Assembly (NCBI GenBank): GCA_028534125.1
Contig: CM052837.1
Span: 37,696,001 to 37,760,000 of the forward strand
DNA from: Lama glama
Lineage: Eukaryota
Length of the DNA: 64,000 nucleotides
Reading direction: 5' to 3'
The notes below the pieces were generated by a model. It did no database searches, was not told the origin of the DNA, and saw nothing but the letters and a program-made list of their open reading frames with translations. The translations under genes were made by a program, and so were the position numbers. Position 1 is the first letter of the stretch. Each line of letters begins with the position of its first letter. This document shows positions 11,011-24,360 of this stretch, piece after piece.

Positions 11011-12018
11011 TCACGGCCCTGGGCACCGGAACATGGCACGGAGGTTCTTCCGAAAGGTGTTGTCCAGGAAGGCGTAGAGGAAGGGGTTGAGGCAGGAGCT
11101 GGCATAGCTGAGGCTGGTGATGACGTAGGAGACAGTGATGACCAGTGGTGTCTGGGGCAGGTCTGTGGCCAGGGCTACGACAGAGGCCAGGTGGAAGGGC
11201 GCCCAGCAGAGCAGGCCCACAGCCAGCACGGCCAGGACCAGGATGGTCACCTTCCTCCTGGCCTTGCCTAGAGCTTTGGCCCCAGAGTGGAGCCGCAGGG
11301 CTCGCAGCCGCCGCAGCAGGTCCACATAGAGCACACAGAGGGTGCACATGGGCACCGCGAAGCCAAGGACCAGCGTATAGATGCGGCTCGCCTGGAACCA
11401 GGCGCGCTCTGGCCGCGGGAAGCTCAGCCCGCAGCTCGTGACCTGCAGCTCGTTGCTGTAGACACCGGCAAAGGTGAAGAAAGGCAGCACTGCCACGGTG
11501 ACGCCCAGCCAGACGCACAGGCTGGCAATCTTTGCCCCCCGGAGGGTGCGCCGGGGCACGTGGCGGGAGCGTGCCGTGGCCAGCACCACCAGGTAGCGGT
11601 CCACGCTCATGGCAGCCAGGAAGTAGACGCTGGAGAAGATGTTGCAGTGGTCGATGGCCAGCACTAGCTTGCAGAGCAGCTCCCCGAAGGGCCAGCGCTG
11701 CAGCACATGCTCGGTGATGTTGGCTGGCAGGACCAGTGTGAAGAGCCCGTCGGCGACGGCCAGGTTCAGGATGAACACGTGCGTCACGGTCTTCATCTTG
11801 GGCGCCCTTAGGATCACACAGATGACAATCGTGTTGCCCATCAGCCCCACAGCACAGATGACAGAGTACACTACTGGCAGGAGCACGTAGAGGGCTGGCA
11901 GGGGCTCTGGAAAGGTGATGTTGTGTCTGGTGTCATTGTCCCAAGAGAGGCCGGTGCCTGGCATGCCTGCGAAGGGGGAGGCTCTGCTGTCCAGACCCTC
12001 CAGCCCACTGGCTTCCAT
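11011..12018 (-). CDS. NPBWR2: Neuropeptides B/W receptor type 2 (GPR8), intact 335 aa, uninterrupted CDS
   Basis: 7TM opioid/somatostatin-like GPCR: GN, NLAVAD, DRY, CWAPF, NPFLY motifs; RAPKMKTVT, ATDLPQTPLVI; strong Kozak acaATGg; adjacency to OPRL1 distinguishes it from NPBWR1. Confidence 0.96.
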   Translation of the reverse strand: MEASGLEGLDSRASPFAGMPGTGLSWDNDTRHNITFPEPLPALYVLLPVVYSVICAVGLMGNTIVICVILRAPKMKTVTHVFILNLAVADGLFTLVLPANITEHVLQRWPFGELLCKLVLAIDHCNIFSSVYFLAAMSVDRYLVVLATARSRHVPRRTLRGAKIASLCVWLGVTVAVLPFFTFAGVYSNELQVTSCGLSFPRPERAWFQASRIYTLVLGFAVPMCTLCVLYVDLLRRLRALRLHSGAKALGKARRKVTILVLAVLAVGLLCWAPFHLASVVALATDLPQTPLVITVSYVITSLSYASSCLNPFLYAFLDNTFRKNLRAMFRCPGP

Positions 12019-12749
12019 TGTGAGTTGGGGCTGTTACTAAGCTGTGCCCTGGGCTGGTGAGAGGTGCTTCAGAGCCGGGGATCTGGGCAGGGGCCTCCTT
12101 GGGCTGGATTCTGAGAAAGAAACAACCAGAAACTTTGGGATCTGGCTGTCAGCTTAGAATAGCAGCTGCCTCAAGTTCTCTGGCAGAGGCTTAGGTCACT
12201 TTGCCAGGGTCAGGGACGCATGGAGTCTCTCTCCATCCATCCCTGTCCAGTGACCAGAGAGAGCCTGGTGGAGTGCATGGGGGCCTCCTCCAGGGCAGCA
12301 TTTTTGACTGGTCAGTTTCCTTCCCCCGGCCCCCCTCCATCTGCAGAGAGCAGCTGCTGACCACCCTTCAGGGAAGGGAGGGCTTAGATTCCTCCCCCCA
12401 GCCCCTGTCCCGGCCACATCCCAGAGCACAAGCTACAGAAAGTTAAGACAGCCCTTTTGAAAATGCACCTTCCAGCATATCCCCGCCCACCTTGGAAACC
12501 CGGAGTCCTGGAGAGGTGCCCTCCCAGTCACACAGCAGACCCTCTGTGTGTGGCTACCTGCTGTTTCCCTCACTGACCTGTCTGGAGACACGTGACCAGA
12601 AGTTGGTGGCCTTGGTGGGCATGTGGCGGTGGCCAGATCAGGCAGTGGCAGGGGTGGAGGTGGCAGGAGTGGCAGGAGGTGTGGCCTCCACCGACAGGCC
12701 CCCTCCAATCCGCTCTCAACCCCCTGGGGGCCTTCTAGGACCTGCTCAC

Positions 12750-12900
12750 CAGCCAGCAGCTCTGCAGCTCAGCGGGAACTGGCTTCCCTCCCAAGGTCTC
12801 CAGCCTGGTGGCAGCGCTATTGCGCGTGAGGGAGGGAGGCGGGTCCCACTGGCTGACGTGGAGCCGGGAGGAAGGGGGCGGGAGCTGAGGCGGCGCTGCA
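12750..12900 (-). promoter_or_regulatory. Putative NPBWR2 promoter and non-coding first exon
   Basis: Local CpG cluster with GGGGCGGG and TGACGT elements; minus-strand donor CTG|GTGAGC at 12750/12749; matching acceptor at 12111. Confidence 0.45.
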
Positions 12901-15900
12901 GTCATCCCCAGGGCTGCTGCCGAGCTCACTTGCCTGGCTGGACTCTCTAGTGGGCAGCCCTGGTGTGTGTCTGTGCATGAGTGTGCCTGTGTTGGGAGGC
13001 ATGCAGTGCAGGAGCCTCTGGGTGAGCCCGGGCTAGGGGGCAGCCTGCGGGCTCCACTGAACACATTTGGGCCTCTGTCCGTGGGTCTCTATGGACCTGG
13101 GCACGGTTATCTGCGTGTGTGGGTTTCTTGGAGGACCTTGTGAGTGTGCATGCGTGTGCATGTGTGTGTTCCTGTGTACACGTGTATGCACGTGTATCTG
13201 CGTGCAGTTTCTGTGGTGAGCTCTGTACCTCTGTCTGGGGGGGATCTGTGTAGCTCCCTGTCTGGGTGTGGTGGTCGGCGGCTCTGTATGCCTTCATGTG
13301 GATTCAGAACCTGTGGCCCACATACAAGCCAACTTCTTTTTTCTTTTTCTGAAAGAGGAGCTCGTACATGTAAAAACTCACACAAGTGGTGGAAGACCCT
13401 CCCTTGGTCCCGCTGCCACCGCGCTCTCCAAGAACTCTGTGCTGGTGGTGAGAACGCATTTCACTCTGCACTCAGTCTTCACTTTCCTGCCCAGCTCCGC
13501 GTTTTCTCGGTCTACTGGACACACATGACGTATATAACCCCCGTGGGTGGACGGCTGGGCTGTCTCTGGCTGTGCTTTTGCAGGTGACGCAGCAGCTAGT
13601 GACAGTGTCTCGCGCCCTTTTCGGGCAGCAACTCAAGAGGACTTCCAGGTCAGAGGGTCTGTGTGCTTCCAGCCTGGGGAGACATGGCTGTTCACTGCCC
13701 ACACAGACCTGCTTCCTTCACTAGAGTTGTGGTCCCTCTGCCTGTGGCCTGGGCCAGGACAGGAGCCCGGGCACTTTCCCAGGCACCCTGAAGTCACCAG
13801 GCCTAAGGCTGCGTCCAGGGGCGCTGGCCTCCCCTTCTGTGGGCCCAGAGGTGGGCATGACAGAGTTAGGGTGTGCCCTGCTGGCTCTGGGAGGCTGAGG
13901 GCTGTGAGCCTTGGCCCAGAGCTCCAGCTACCCACCAGGGCTGAGCCTTCATCCAGTGGGCCTCCCCCAGGAGTGACCCTCCACGCCCCTGGTTCCCCAA
14001 AAACTCTGTGCCTTCAAGTGGTCTTTATACACAGGCTTTCATTTCTGGTGTGTGTGGGGCACTGCGGCCAGGACTTCCCTGGGGACCTTCACTGTCCCGT
14101 AGGAGCACCGCAGACCTTGTAGATTTGAATGAGGAAATTCTTGATGAGAAGCGGGGTGACTGGCTGGACACTGCTCTCCTGGTCTTGCTTCTGAGAACCC
14201 GTGAGCCTGGGAGGGAGGGAGCCGCCCTTTGGTCTGGATGGGGCAGGTTCTGGACTGGTCATTGGTGCCCCAGGCTGAGGCCCAGCGAGGCCAGGGGATG
14301 GGCAGTCAGCAAGTGTTAGGAGAGGCCCCTGAATTTAGGGCTGAATTTCGTGATTTGGGGGTTTTTCAGGGGTGGGAGGGGTCCTGGGTCAGTTCACAGG
14401 TCCTGGACCCCAGAGACAGGACAGAGAGCAGATGAAGTCTGGTGTACGGGCTGCCTGTCCCCCTTGATCGTGCGGCCTGCATGTGGGCAGGCTTGTGGGC
14501 CGGGCTGGGCTGGGGAGGGAATGGCTGACCACAGCCAGGTGCTGGACCTGTAGGGAGTGGCCCAGGCCTCCTGTCACTCAGCTGTGTCCCGAATGTGGGG
14601 CAGGGCTTACCCCTCTGGGCCTGGTTGTGGGCCTGCCGGGGGATGGATGCTGGGGAGGGTTCCCATATCCTGAGCATCTTGGCGGGGGTGGCCAGAGCTC
14701 TGTCTGCCCGCCAGCCAGCACGTAACTTACTAGTCCCCCCTGAACACGGGCCTGGGGTGGGGGCTCTTCGCCCTTAGGCCCCTCCTGCTCTTTGTCCCAG
14801 CGCGGCAGGACACCAGATGCCACCCCCAGACTTTCTCCAGACCTGGCTCACCCCGCAGTGTCAGACTGGGAAGTCTCATCTCTGCTGTTCCTAGTCTGTC
14901 CTGAGGGCTGCCTGGCTCCCTGCCCAGCCTGTCACATCGAAGTGGAGGGAGGAGGGGGGCCCAGGGCAGCAGGGCTCAGGGGGCTGAGGAGGGGCTGACG
15001 CCAGGCCTGCGGGTGTGGGGATCCGCAGATGCCCCTCGCCCACCTCGTCCTCCGCCCTTGGGGCAGCAGGGCCTTTGTCTGCCCACGGGCCAGGCATTGT
15101 GTGAATGTTGCTCTGTGGAGAGCAGTTCCATTTTCAGGTTTGCAGTCAGCCCATGAGGACATTCAGGCTGTGGAGCAGGTGGTGGAGGGGAGGGGCCAGG
15201 GTCGGGTGTAGCACGTGTGAGTCTGCGTGGCCTGAGTGTGCATTCACGGGCTGTCTCGTGCAGTGCTCGCTGTGGGGAGAAGCAGATCCCAGCAGCCCAG
15301 TGAGCCCCCCGTCCCCAGGCGGTGACTGGCCCTGCCCAGGGGGCTGGCAGGCAGTGAGAGCCAGGACCCAGACTGTAAGGCACGAGCAAGCAAGAGTGAC
15401 AGTTGTGTCATTCACCTGGTTTGGCACCACCTTCTAGCTGACCCTGACAATTGTCACACACACACACATGCACACCATACACGCAGACACAGGCAGACAC
15501 ACAGACACTGCAGATGCATACAGTTAGACACACACTTATCCAGACACACGTGCACACACTCAGGCTGGCGAGCCTTGCTCGCTCACCTGTGTGCCTCTGT
15601 GTGTGTTTGGCCACCTCAGCTCCGTCAGGCTGGCCTGATGCAGGGGGCAGGCTCTCTGCCCTGCAGGCTGGATTCCAGGCCTGTCCACTGTCCCGCTCTC
15701 CGGGCGCACTCGTTCAGAGGACACGCCCAGCAGGGGTAAGTGCCTGGGCCCCAGCTGCCGCTAAGTGGGTAGCTGGGAGGCCTAGCTTGCTGCATAGAGG
15801 CAGGCGATTCAGGTCCCATCTCCAGGGAAGCAGAGCGAGAACTCTATATTTGTAAAACCAAGAGGGGCCTTTTCAGACGTGTCAATTCAGGACTCCTGGC

Positions 15901-18900
15901 CCTGCCCGTAGGTGCCCAGCCACCTCTCTCTCCGTTAGCACTGGTGGGCACCAAGCTCTCTCTGGGGGAGGTCATGGCTTGGGGGTTCCTGATGGTTTCT
16001 GACCTCCCTGTGCTCAGGGTGGGTGGGAGGGGCCTGGGGCAGCCAGACTGGGGTCCCACAGGGGCCTCCGCTCAACCATCTGGCAAATATCCTAGCCCTG
16101 AGCCCAGGGTCATTCATCTGCCCTGCAGGTGTCTGTCCAGGAACAGAGTGGTGAACAGGGAGGGGAAAACTCCTGCTTTCCTGGGGCCGACCTTTCAGTG
16201 GGGGAGGTATTAAACAAGGTAATGAAGTACCACGTGCAGCGTGCAATTTATCCAGAGATGAGGAGTGCCTGGGAGAGGGCAGAGACAACCCGTAGTCCTC
16301 GCCGAGATGGACGCTTGTGCTGAAACCACAGAGGTAGGAGAGGCCCTGTGAGTGTGTGGGGGCCAAGAGCCTCAGGGGAGGGAGGGGCCTCCAGGGGCAG
16401 CTGGTCCACCGTTCCCAGGACACTGTCTCTGGCTTTCCTGAGAGTTTTGAGGAGGGGAGGATGGGTCTGCCGTGTCCTCAGACTGTGGGTCTGTGGGGTG
16501 AGGGGTGGGGGAGCAGGGAGGCTGGGAGAGGCCTTCACTGGAACCCTGACACTGGGGTCTGTAGGGGCAGGAAGGTTGGAGGTCAGGATGGCGTCAGAGT
16601 CCAGCTGGCCAAGGGCAGCACCAACCCCGTCCGAGGCCTTTGGGACACAGCCTAGGGCCTGAGGCTGGTTGCTCTGAGGCCTGTGCTGCCCATGTGCCCC
16701 CTCCCGCGTGCCTGCTGAGAGGCAGAGAGCAGAGGAGGCGCTGTCTTCCCCAGGCGCCCAGCCCTTCTCAGCCTGAGAGTGTTAAGCCAATGTCCAGGGA
16801 GCTCACTGCCTCCCCTCCCACAGAAACAGGAGGGGTGGGGAGTAAGGCTGGCTACCTGGTGGTAGCCGCTGTCCCTTCCTTCCTGTCCAGGTGCCAACAA
16901 CCAGGGACAGGACCTACAGAGGGCTTCACTGAGGAGGTGTCCCTGCCCTCAGTGCTGGGGCATGTCTCCTGGGTGGGCTTAGCGCACGTGGAGTATTTGG
17001 GGACAGGGCCCCTGTGGTGGCTCAGGTGCCTCTCTGTCTCCGGTGAGACGGGTCACAGGCGTGTCTGGGCGTGTGGACACACATTGGGTGGGGGTGTATG
17101 TGCCCTGACACCCTCCACCTCCACCTGGAGCGGCCTAGGAGGAGATGGACCCAGGGAGGAAGCGTCTTTCGCCCAGTGTCCTGGTCAGGCCACGAATTCT
17201 CACTGAAGGTGGGTGGACAGGCCAGGCTGACTCGTGCTCAGGTCAGGAGAAGAGGCCAGGCCTCTCAGTGGCCCTGGGGTGGGCACTGATTACCCCTCAC
17301 GAGGGCCTCATGGCCACAGCTGCGCTGGTTTCTGGGCCCAGGGAGCCAGGCCTCCTCCACAGGCCCAGAGGGTCTTTCTGCTTGCTGACCTTGAACCAAG
17401 AGCTCTGTTTGTGGCATGGGGAGGGAGACCGAGCTGGTGGCTGGGAGAGCCAGGAGGATGGGTCCTGCTGGGCCAGGGGTCTCTGGCCTGCTTGTTCCCT
17501 CCCCTCTTTCTGCCTGCCTGGCACCAGAACCTGCCGCAGAACCTGGGGTTGCACACACGTCCTCACTGCATACGTGGACCTCAGTGCCCCGTCCTCAGCC
17601 CAACACTTTCATGAACTTCCCGTTACTTCCAGGTTGTGCACGGCGGTGTCCTGACTGCCGCTTTTAGGTCCGTCTGAGGTGGGGAGGGGCTGTCCAGGCT
17701 GCTCACTGAGAGCCTGGGCCTCGGCAGGGAAGGCTAGGCACAGGCCAGGGGGTGTCTCTGGCTGGAGGGCCCGGGCGGGGGATGGGGTGGCCAGGGCAGG
17801 CCGGCGCCCTGTGGTCACATGCCTGCTGCTTGCGTGTTGTGAACACACGTGTATCTCGTGCCTGGGGTTTGCAGCACGCTCCCCCCCATCGTGTTTACAC
17901 ACCCGAGGCATCCATTCGCCCTCAGGCTGATACACACTCACACGGCTTGCTGATGCTCTTCCGTGCCCCACCTCAGAGCTGCACGCGGAGCAGCACGAGC
18001 CCTGCCCTGGAGCCTCATCTGCATGCCCTGAGGCACCCCCACAGGTTCAGAACTGGGGAGGGGCCTTCACCAGGGGCACCGCCCACTGCCATGCTGTCTC
18101 TGTGGCCTCTGTGACCAGCAGGTCCGGCTGTGGTGGGGCCCTGGGAAGGCTAGTGTCTGCATAGCTCAGAGGGGTCTGTGAGGGGCCAGGCCTGGCGCTG
18201 GGGGAGGCAGTACAGAGTAGGGGCAGTGCTGGGAAGGAGGTAGAGCTCAGCCGGGGCCCCACGGAGGCGGTGTCCTCAGCTCTGAGCCTGTTCTGGCCTC
18301 TCCCTCGTAACCCCTGTCTGCTGCACAGGGCTGAGCCTTTGCGGCTCAAGCCAGTACCTGGAGGAGGGGTGCCCCTCAGCCCTGGGACCTGGGCCTCCTA
18401 TTGGTGGGGCTGCCTTGGGCTCCCCTCGCCCCTCTGCTGGTCCACGATACAGATAGGGTGCTGACACTGTGGCAGGTCCCGGTGGAGCCTCCGTCCAGGG
18501 TTTGTGGGAGGCCCTTTTGTTATCAGCAGTCAGGAGAGGGGGCGGGGGCTGGGGCCTGCTGGCCCAGCTGCGGGCTGCAGCTCTACGCAGCCTAGAACCT
18601 CTGGCTTGGAGCAGGCTGGGGGCTCTGCTTCCAGAGTGCTGGCTTCTGTCTGAGGGACTGAGCTGGATGGAGCTGAGGGTGGTGGCTTGGTTCTCAAGGC
18701 TGTCTGTCCAGGCCCTGTTGGTCGTCTGTCCTGTGGGACACATGTCTCTTTTCCCTGCCCGACCCCCCTTGGAGCCCTGGGCTGGGGTCTGGGACCACCC
18801 TGTCCCCACCATAGTATGCCCAGCCCTGGGCTCAAGGGAGTAGGGAGGGGGCCCCTGGATGGCTCCTCTCCTCCATCCTCAGGGATGGAGGGTGGTGGGA

Positions 18901-20296
18901 GTTTCAGCAGGAGAGGAAGACCTGGCAGGAGCGGGTTTTCAAAGTCTTGGTGTTGCCGCAGCATGGCAGGCCTTCCGCTGACAAGGGTGTGTTGTCCATG
19001 TGCCTGTGCGGGGTGTGGTGGAGGCCACGAGGGTGACTCCAGGCTGGTGCTGTGGTGCAGGAGGGGCCTGGGGCCCGGCCAGGGCTCAGACTTCCTTGCC
19101 TGGGGCCTCAGCCCCCATCCAGCCCCAAAATGTGGGTCTGCAGTGGGGGCAGGGGGAGCAGCCCCGCTGACCTGCTTGGCCTGGTAGGACAAGGTCGCCC
19201 GACAGCACCAGTGGGCAGAGTCGAGTTTCATGGGCCCCTGGCCACTGTTCTTTGTACTGGGGGAGGACAGAGGTCTGAGCTGAGCAGAGCAGGTCCCCTC
19301 AGCTCGCCCACCACAATTTGGCTTCTGTTGGCCATGCAGGTGTGGCATCAACTGGGAACTCGAGGGTGGGGAGGCAGCACATGTGTGGGGACGTGGCCGG
19401 TGCAGACACTGCCTTCGTGTTGTGCTGTGGAGTTACAACGGTGAGGAGGAGGTCAGAGGCCAGGCCAGGCGAGGCATCTTGGGAAGGGCCACTGTGGTCT
19501 GGGAGGCCTGGGAGGGCCCCGAGGGGAGAGCGGGCTCAGCAGGGGCCGTGGACACAGAGTTCACAGCTCCCACCTTAGAGCGGAGCAGAGCAGAGCCCAA
19601 GCCAGCCTGTGACGGAAGACGGAGGGCATGGCGGACATGTGGGAGGTCAGCCAGGACCCAACTTCACGGTGGTCTCTTGCCCTGGTCAGGGTCACCTTCT
19701 TGTGGCCGGAGGCCCTGCAAGCACTTTGTCTGGGGCTCCTGTCTCCTCTCCAGCTGGAGGCCTGCAGTGTGGTCAGCATGTCCTCTGAGCTGCATCTAGA
19801 GCCCGGGATCTGGTGTCCTTCCTTTTCGAGCCTCTTCTCGAAGCTTCAGGAGCTGCTGGGTCATGGAGGAGGCTGTGGGCCACACACCTGGTACTGGTCA
19901 GCAGCAAGGGCCCCCTGCCGGTTTGGGTGCTCCTGTCCCCACAGGTCTCCCTCAGGGACTTTCCCAGTATCCACTTTGTGTCCTCTCAAGAGCTCCCCCA
20001 CTGGAGCCCCTGTGACCACCAGTGTCCCCTTTATGGGAAGGATGGTAGCCAGCTGCCCCAGTTTACCTGTGACTGTTCAGGTTAGCACTGAACACTTGCA
20101 TTCCAGGAAACCCCTTGGTCCTGGACAAACTTTACTGTGGGCCTCCCCTGGGGGAACACAAGAGGATACTTCCCTTGGAGGGAAGGCTGCCTGGTGTGGC
20201 CAGGCCTGGGCTCGGCCAGAAGATAGCCCCGTCCCCTCATTTCCACCCAGGGCTGAGGCACTTTGCTGGTTCCCTTGGTCTGTTTCCTCTGGTTTG

Positions 20297-20465
20297 TCTG
20301 AATATCCCCTGTGTGCCAGGCACTGGCAGAGCCACCGTCACGCTGTGCTTTCTCCATCCCACACTGACCCAGGAGGCAGTTCTGCTGTTTCCCGATTTGC
20401 AGCTGAGAGCAGGAGGCTCTGATGGAGGCTTCCCTGGTAAGTGCGCGCAGTCCTGGGTTGGGACA
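20297..20465 (-). mobile_element. MIR SINE remnant
   Basis: tgtgtgccaggcactgg...cccgatttgcagctgagagc..gaggctc resembles antisense MIR core. Confidence 0.55.
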
Positions 20466-22569
20466 TGTGCAGCTTCCGATGGGGCTATTGTCATCAGCAG
20501 TGTCTGCGGGCAGATGCCCAGCAGCTGGGCCTGGTGCCGGCCCCTGTGGTGCCGCCTAGGGAACCTGGCAGGTGCTGGGTGGCTGGAATCTCAGAGCCCT
20601 GTGCTTCCTTCCTGGAGGTCCAGGAGTGTGGGCTGGAGCAGAGCTACGGCTCACGTTGTGGAGACAGGTGTCACCTGGGGTCTCCACCCACACCTCCGGG
20701 TGACCGTCAGAGTGCAGTCTGGGGCCAGCTCTGTCCTTGCTGTGTGACCCATCTGTCAACCTGGAATCATGATTTTCCTGCCTCTGAGTGTGGAGAGGGT
20801 GAGGGTGAGATGCTGCAGGTGGAGGGCTCTGCTTGCTGCTGGCAGAAGTCCCGTGAGTGCCTTTGATGCTTGAAGGAGCCCGTCCACAGTCTCGCCTGCT
20901 GCTCTGGACCTAGTCTGGGGTTTCAGCCTTGGGCTCAGGCAGCTCAGCTGGATGCTTGGAGTGAACACTGGCCTGACAACAGCTGTGAGTGGTACAGGAG
21001 TCTGCAGAGAGCTGCAGGCAGAGAGAGTTTCCTGGAGATGGTGTGTTGGGGCATCATCAGCCTGTGCAGGGAGCTGGCCCGAGGTGTGGGGCTCTGCAGT
21101 GGAGGGGAAGCACCTCGGACCCCCCCTCTTCCAGGAGGCCCTCCAGATCAGTCCTATCTAACCACAGAGGGGTGACCATTTTCAGCAGGGCTGGGGTGGG
21201 TGGGCAGGGTCCCTCCATCTCCCAGGCTGGGCCACGTTCTGCACAGTGCAGCTCAACCCTGACCCCCAGCGGCCAGTCCTGAGCACTGCTGCAGGGGATT
21301 TGGGACAGTGGGCTTAGGGTGTGACCCAGGAGGGTGTCCTCTGACCCCAGCCCGGGCACCTCACCGCCTTCCCTAAAGTTTGGCCTGGACACATCCATAC
21401 CAGGGTGGGACCCCAGGCTTGGTGACGGGGCTTCATTCAACATGTGTGTGAACTCCCACTGGGAGACAAGACCTGAGGGTTCTGGGACAAATAGGTCCCT
21501 GCCCCTAAGCAGTTCCACCTGGGGTTGGTCTTTATTGAGCTGGAGGCTTGTCTGTGACTGGCTAGCCTGGAGAGGCGGCCTCTGAGCTGTGTGCAGGGAG
21601 GGATGGAGGAGTGTAGGGGGAGCAGGAGAGGCTGTGGGGTGACTGGGTGTGTCAGAGACGGGTGAGGCTGAAGGCAGGTGGCCACGCTGGGAGGGGACCG
21701 CAGGGGGCTCTGTCTGCAGACAGTGGGGCCTAAGAGGGTTTGGGGCACAGCAGCATGGCCACGTGTGTTTCAAACCAGTCATTCTGGCTTCTGGACGGAA
21801 GGTGAACAGAGGGTGGACAAAGGGTCAAGGCTGGCAGTGGCCGGCGGGAAATGCAGCCTCTGAGCCCCCAGCCTGTGGGGAGGAGGGCACTGTCAGGTGG
21901 GGGCTGAACATGGGGACGTGGGGGTGTGGCTTGGAGGGAAGTTATGGATTCCAGCATCCCTGAGGACAGAAGGATGGCGAGACCTGGTGTGGGGAGACCT
22001 GGGCCAACTGTGAGCTGGTGCAGTGGTGGAGGAGGCGCAGACAGCCGTGGGGAGGGGCTTAGTGGTCTCCAGCGCCTCAGACTCACCTGGGCCCCGGGGG
22101 AGGCTGGGATGGGTTCTGCCCAGTGCCTCGGGCTGCTTCCTGCTCAGGTGGGCAGGGCAGTGCTGGGCCCTGAGGGCAACACTGAGGGTCAAATCCTACA
22201 TCTCCAAATAGTGGAGGAGAGGAACCAGGGCTCTCTGGAGGCTGGAGAGATGTCTGCTCAGCGGGAGGATGCCTGGAGCCCTGGAGCCTGGGGCAGCTGC
22301 GGGGCTCAGGCTGCACAGCTGGAGGGGCTGTGAGAACCTGGTGTTTCTGTGCTCGGGTGCGGGGGGCCGCACGGTGTGTATGCGCACACGGACCTGGGCT
22401 GTGTCCACACATGCGCGCGCATGTGTGCGTCATGCTGGGGGCTTCTCCTTCCCTCCCTGCTCGTCTCTCCCCTTAGTCCTTCTTTACTTGGTGACCAGAG
22501 TGGTTCTTCTAAAGTGCTGTAGGACCACGGGGGAGGGCCCCCCAAAAACCCCACAAAAAACCAAAGTGC

Positions 22570-22815
22570 AGTAGGACCGTTTCTCTCTCTGAAAGCCTCT
22601 GAAAACTACTCACTGAAATACTAAGGAATGAAGCGACGTGGCCGTGTTTGGGATTTGCTTCACGAAGACCCTGTGGACGTGGGCGTGGGGTAGAAAGTGG
22701 CCCACTGATCTTGGGGTAGGGACGCCCACACGGGCGATACTTGTTCTCTCTACTTTTGTGTGTACTTGAAATTTTGTCCGGATGAATTGCAAAAGACTTC
22801 AAAATGTCAAAAACC
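22570..22815 (+). mobile_element. Old L1 (L1ME-like) 3' end fragment
   Basis: ttctctctacttttgtgtgtacttgaaatttt followed by A-rich tail. Confidence 0.5.
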
Positions 22816-23489
22816 CTGAACCTGGAATGGGGGTGGGGAGTGCCCTGGTCAGGATGGCATCCTCCCCAGACAGGTTGTCCTGGCCTCTGTCTCCAGTCCT
22901 GTGGGGCCCCTCCTCCTTGCCCACCGTGGCCCCAGCCTGAGCTCCATCTCTGCTGATGGAGCCCCGGGGGCTGGCAGGGGCTGGCAGGCTGCCCCCGGGT
23001 CCACAGCCCTGCTGGAAGTGGCCCTTACGGCCAGCTTCAGTGTTAACCTTAGAGCCCGTCCCACTGCCCAGGCAGGTCGGGGAGGGGCCTGGCACCTGGG
23101 CTTTATTTCTGTTTTAGCTGAAGCACAGCAAACACAACGCGAAGTTCAGATCACAGGGTACCCCCGCCAGGACCTCACGGTGACCCACCACACAGAACCA
23201 GTCCTGAGCTCTGCCACCCCTCCTCCCTCCTGCCCCGGCCCAGCCTTGCCTCCTCCGTTACCGGCCAGAGGGGGGCAGCCTCTCCTCACATCTGCCTTCA
23301 GGACCGCTGCCTCGGATTCTTGGTGGGCCACCTGTGGGGTGGACAGAACACTCCTGTTAGGTTCTCGGTGGAGAGGGGGGGCTGCTGCCCTCAGCCCCGG
23401 CCCCATGACACTTCAGAATCACCTGGGCGTCCCCATCCCTAGGCCCCTTGGTTGGAATTTCTGGGATTGGCTCCAGGATTTGGAATTTT

Positions 23490-24360
23490 AAAAAGTACAT
23501 TGAAATATTTTATTTTGTTTTTACTTTGGAGGGGGGAGTGGGTCATACATGCAGGTAATTCAGAAAGAAAGTGGCACAGCGAGGAGAAGCGCGGTGGGAG
23601 GGACCCTTGGGCCTCTCAGCCCCTGAGAGCGGGGCTCCGTCTGTGCACCACCCAGGACACGTGGTGCAGGGCTGTGGCATCCGCAGTGTGGGCCAGCCCT
23701 TACCGATAGACATTCAGGTGGTGTCTAACCCATTTTGCACCACAGTTGTGCAAAGATGTCCTTGAACACGTGGTTTCCTGGCAGTGGGCATGTTTGAGGT
23801 GAGGCTTCTGGACGTGCTGGGCGGTCTGAGCTCTGCAAGGCCTGCTGCTGAGCTGCCCTGCACGGAGCTGGCCCCGCACTTGCCCGAGTCCATGGCTGTT
23901 TTGTCCCCCCACCCACAACACACCCGTGTTGCCTTTGGATCTTTGCCAAGCTCAGAGAAAGTCTGTGGTTCAGAATTGCATTTCTCCTGCCATGAGTCAG
24001 GTTGGACAACTTTTAATTTATTTAGAAGTTATATTTCCCCTTTGTGCTGTACACTGTTTACATCCTTGGCCCACTTTTAAATAAGGTGGTTGGACCTTGT
24101 GTTATTGATTGGACCGGATCCTTATGAAGTAAGGCTTTATCGCTAAATGCTTGTAAATACTTTTCCTCGTTTGTTATTTGACTTTTGCTTTATTTAAAGT
24201 AGTTTTGCCATGTAGAACTTCTTTAATCATAGGAGGTGATAAATCTTTTCTGATTTGGGCTTTGTGAGCTCATAATACGCTCTCTCTTATGATTATTTAA
24301 AAATATTTACGTCTTGACCCACTTAGAATTTATTTTGGTATGAGATCCAAGTTAGGGATC
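23490..24360 (-). mobile_element. Old degenerate L1 (L1ME-like) fragment
   Basis: T-rich; gaattgcatttctc, catccttggcccactttt, cttgacccacttagaatttattttggtatgag typical of antisense L1. Confidence 0.65.

Noticed and set aside
10885-11890. ORFs antisense or off-frame to NPBWR2
   Set aside because: Shadow ORFs caused by high GC3 codon usage
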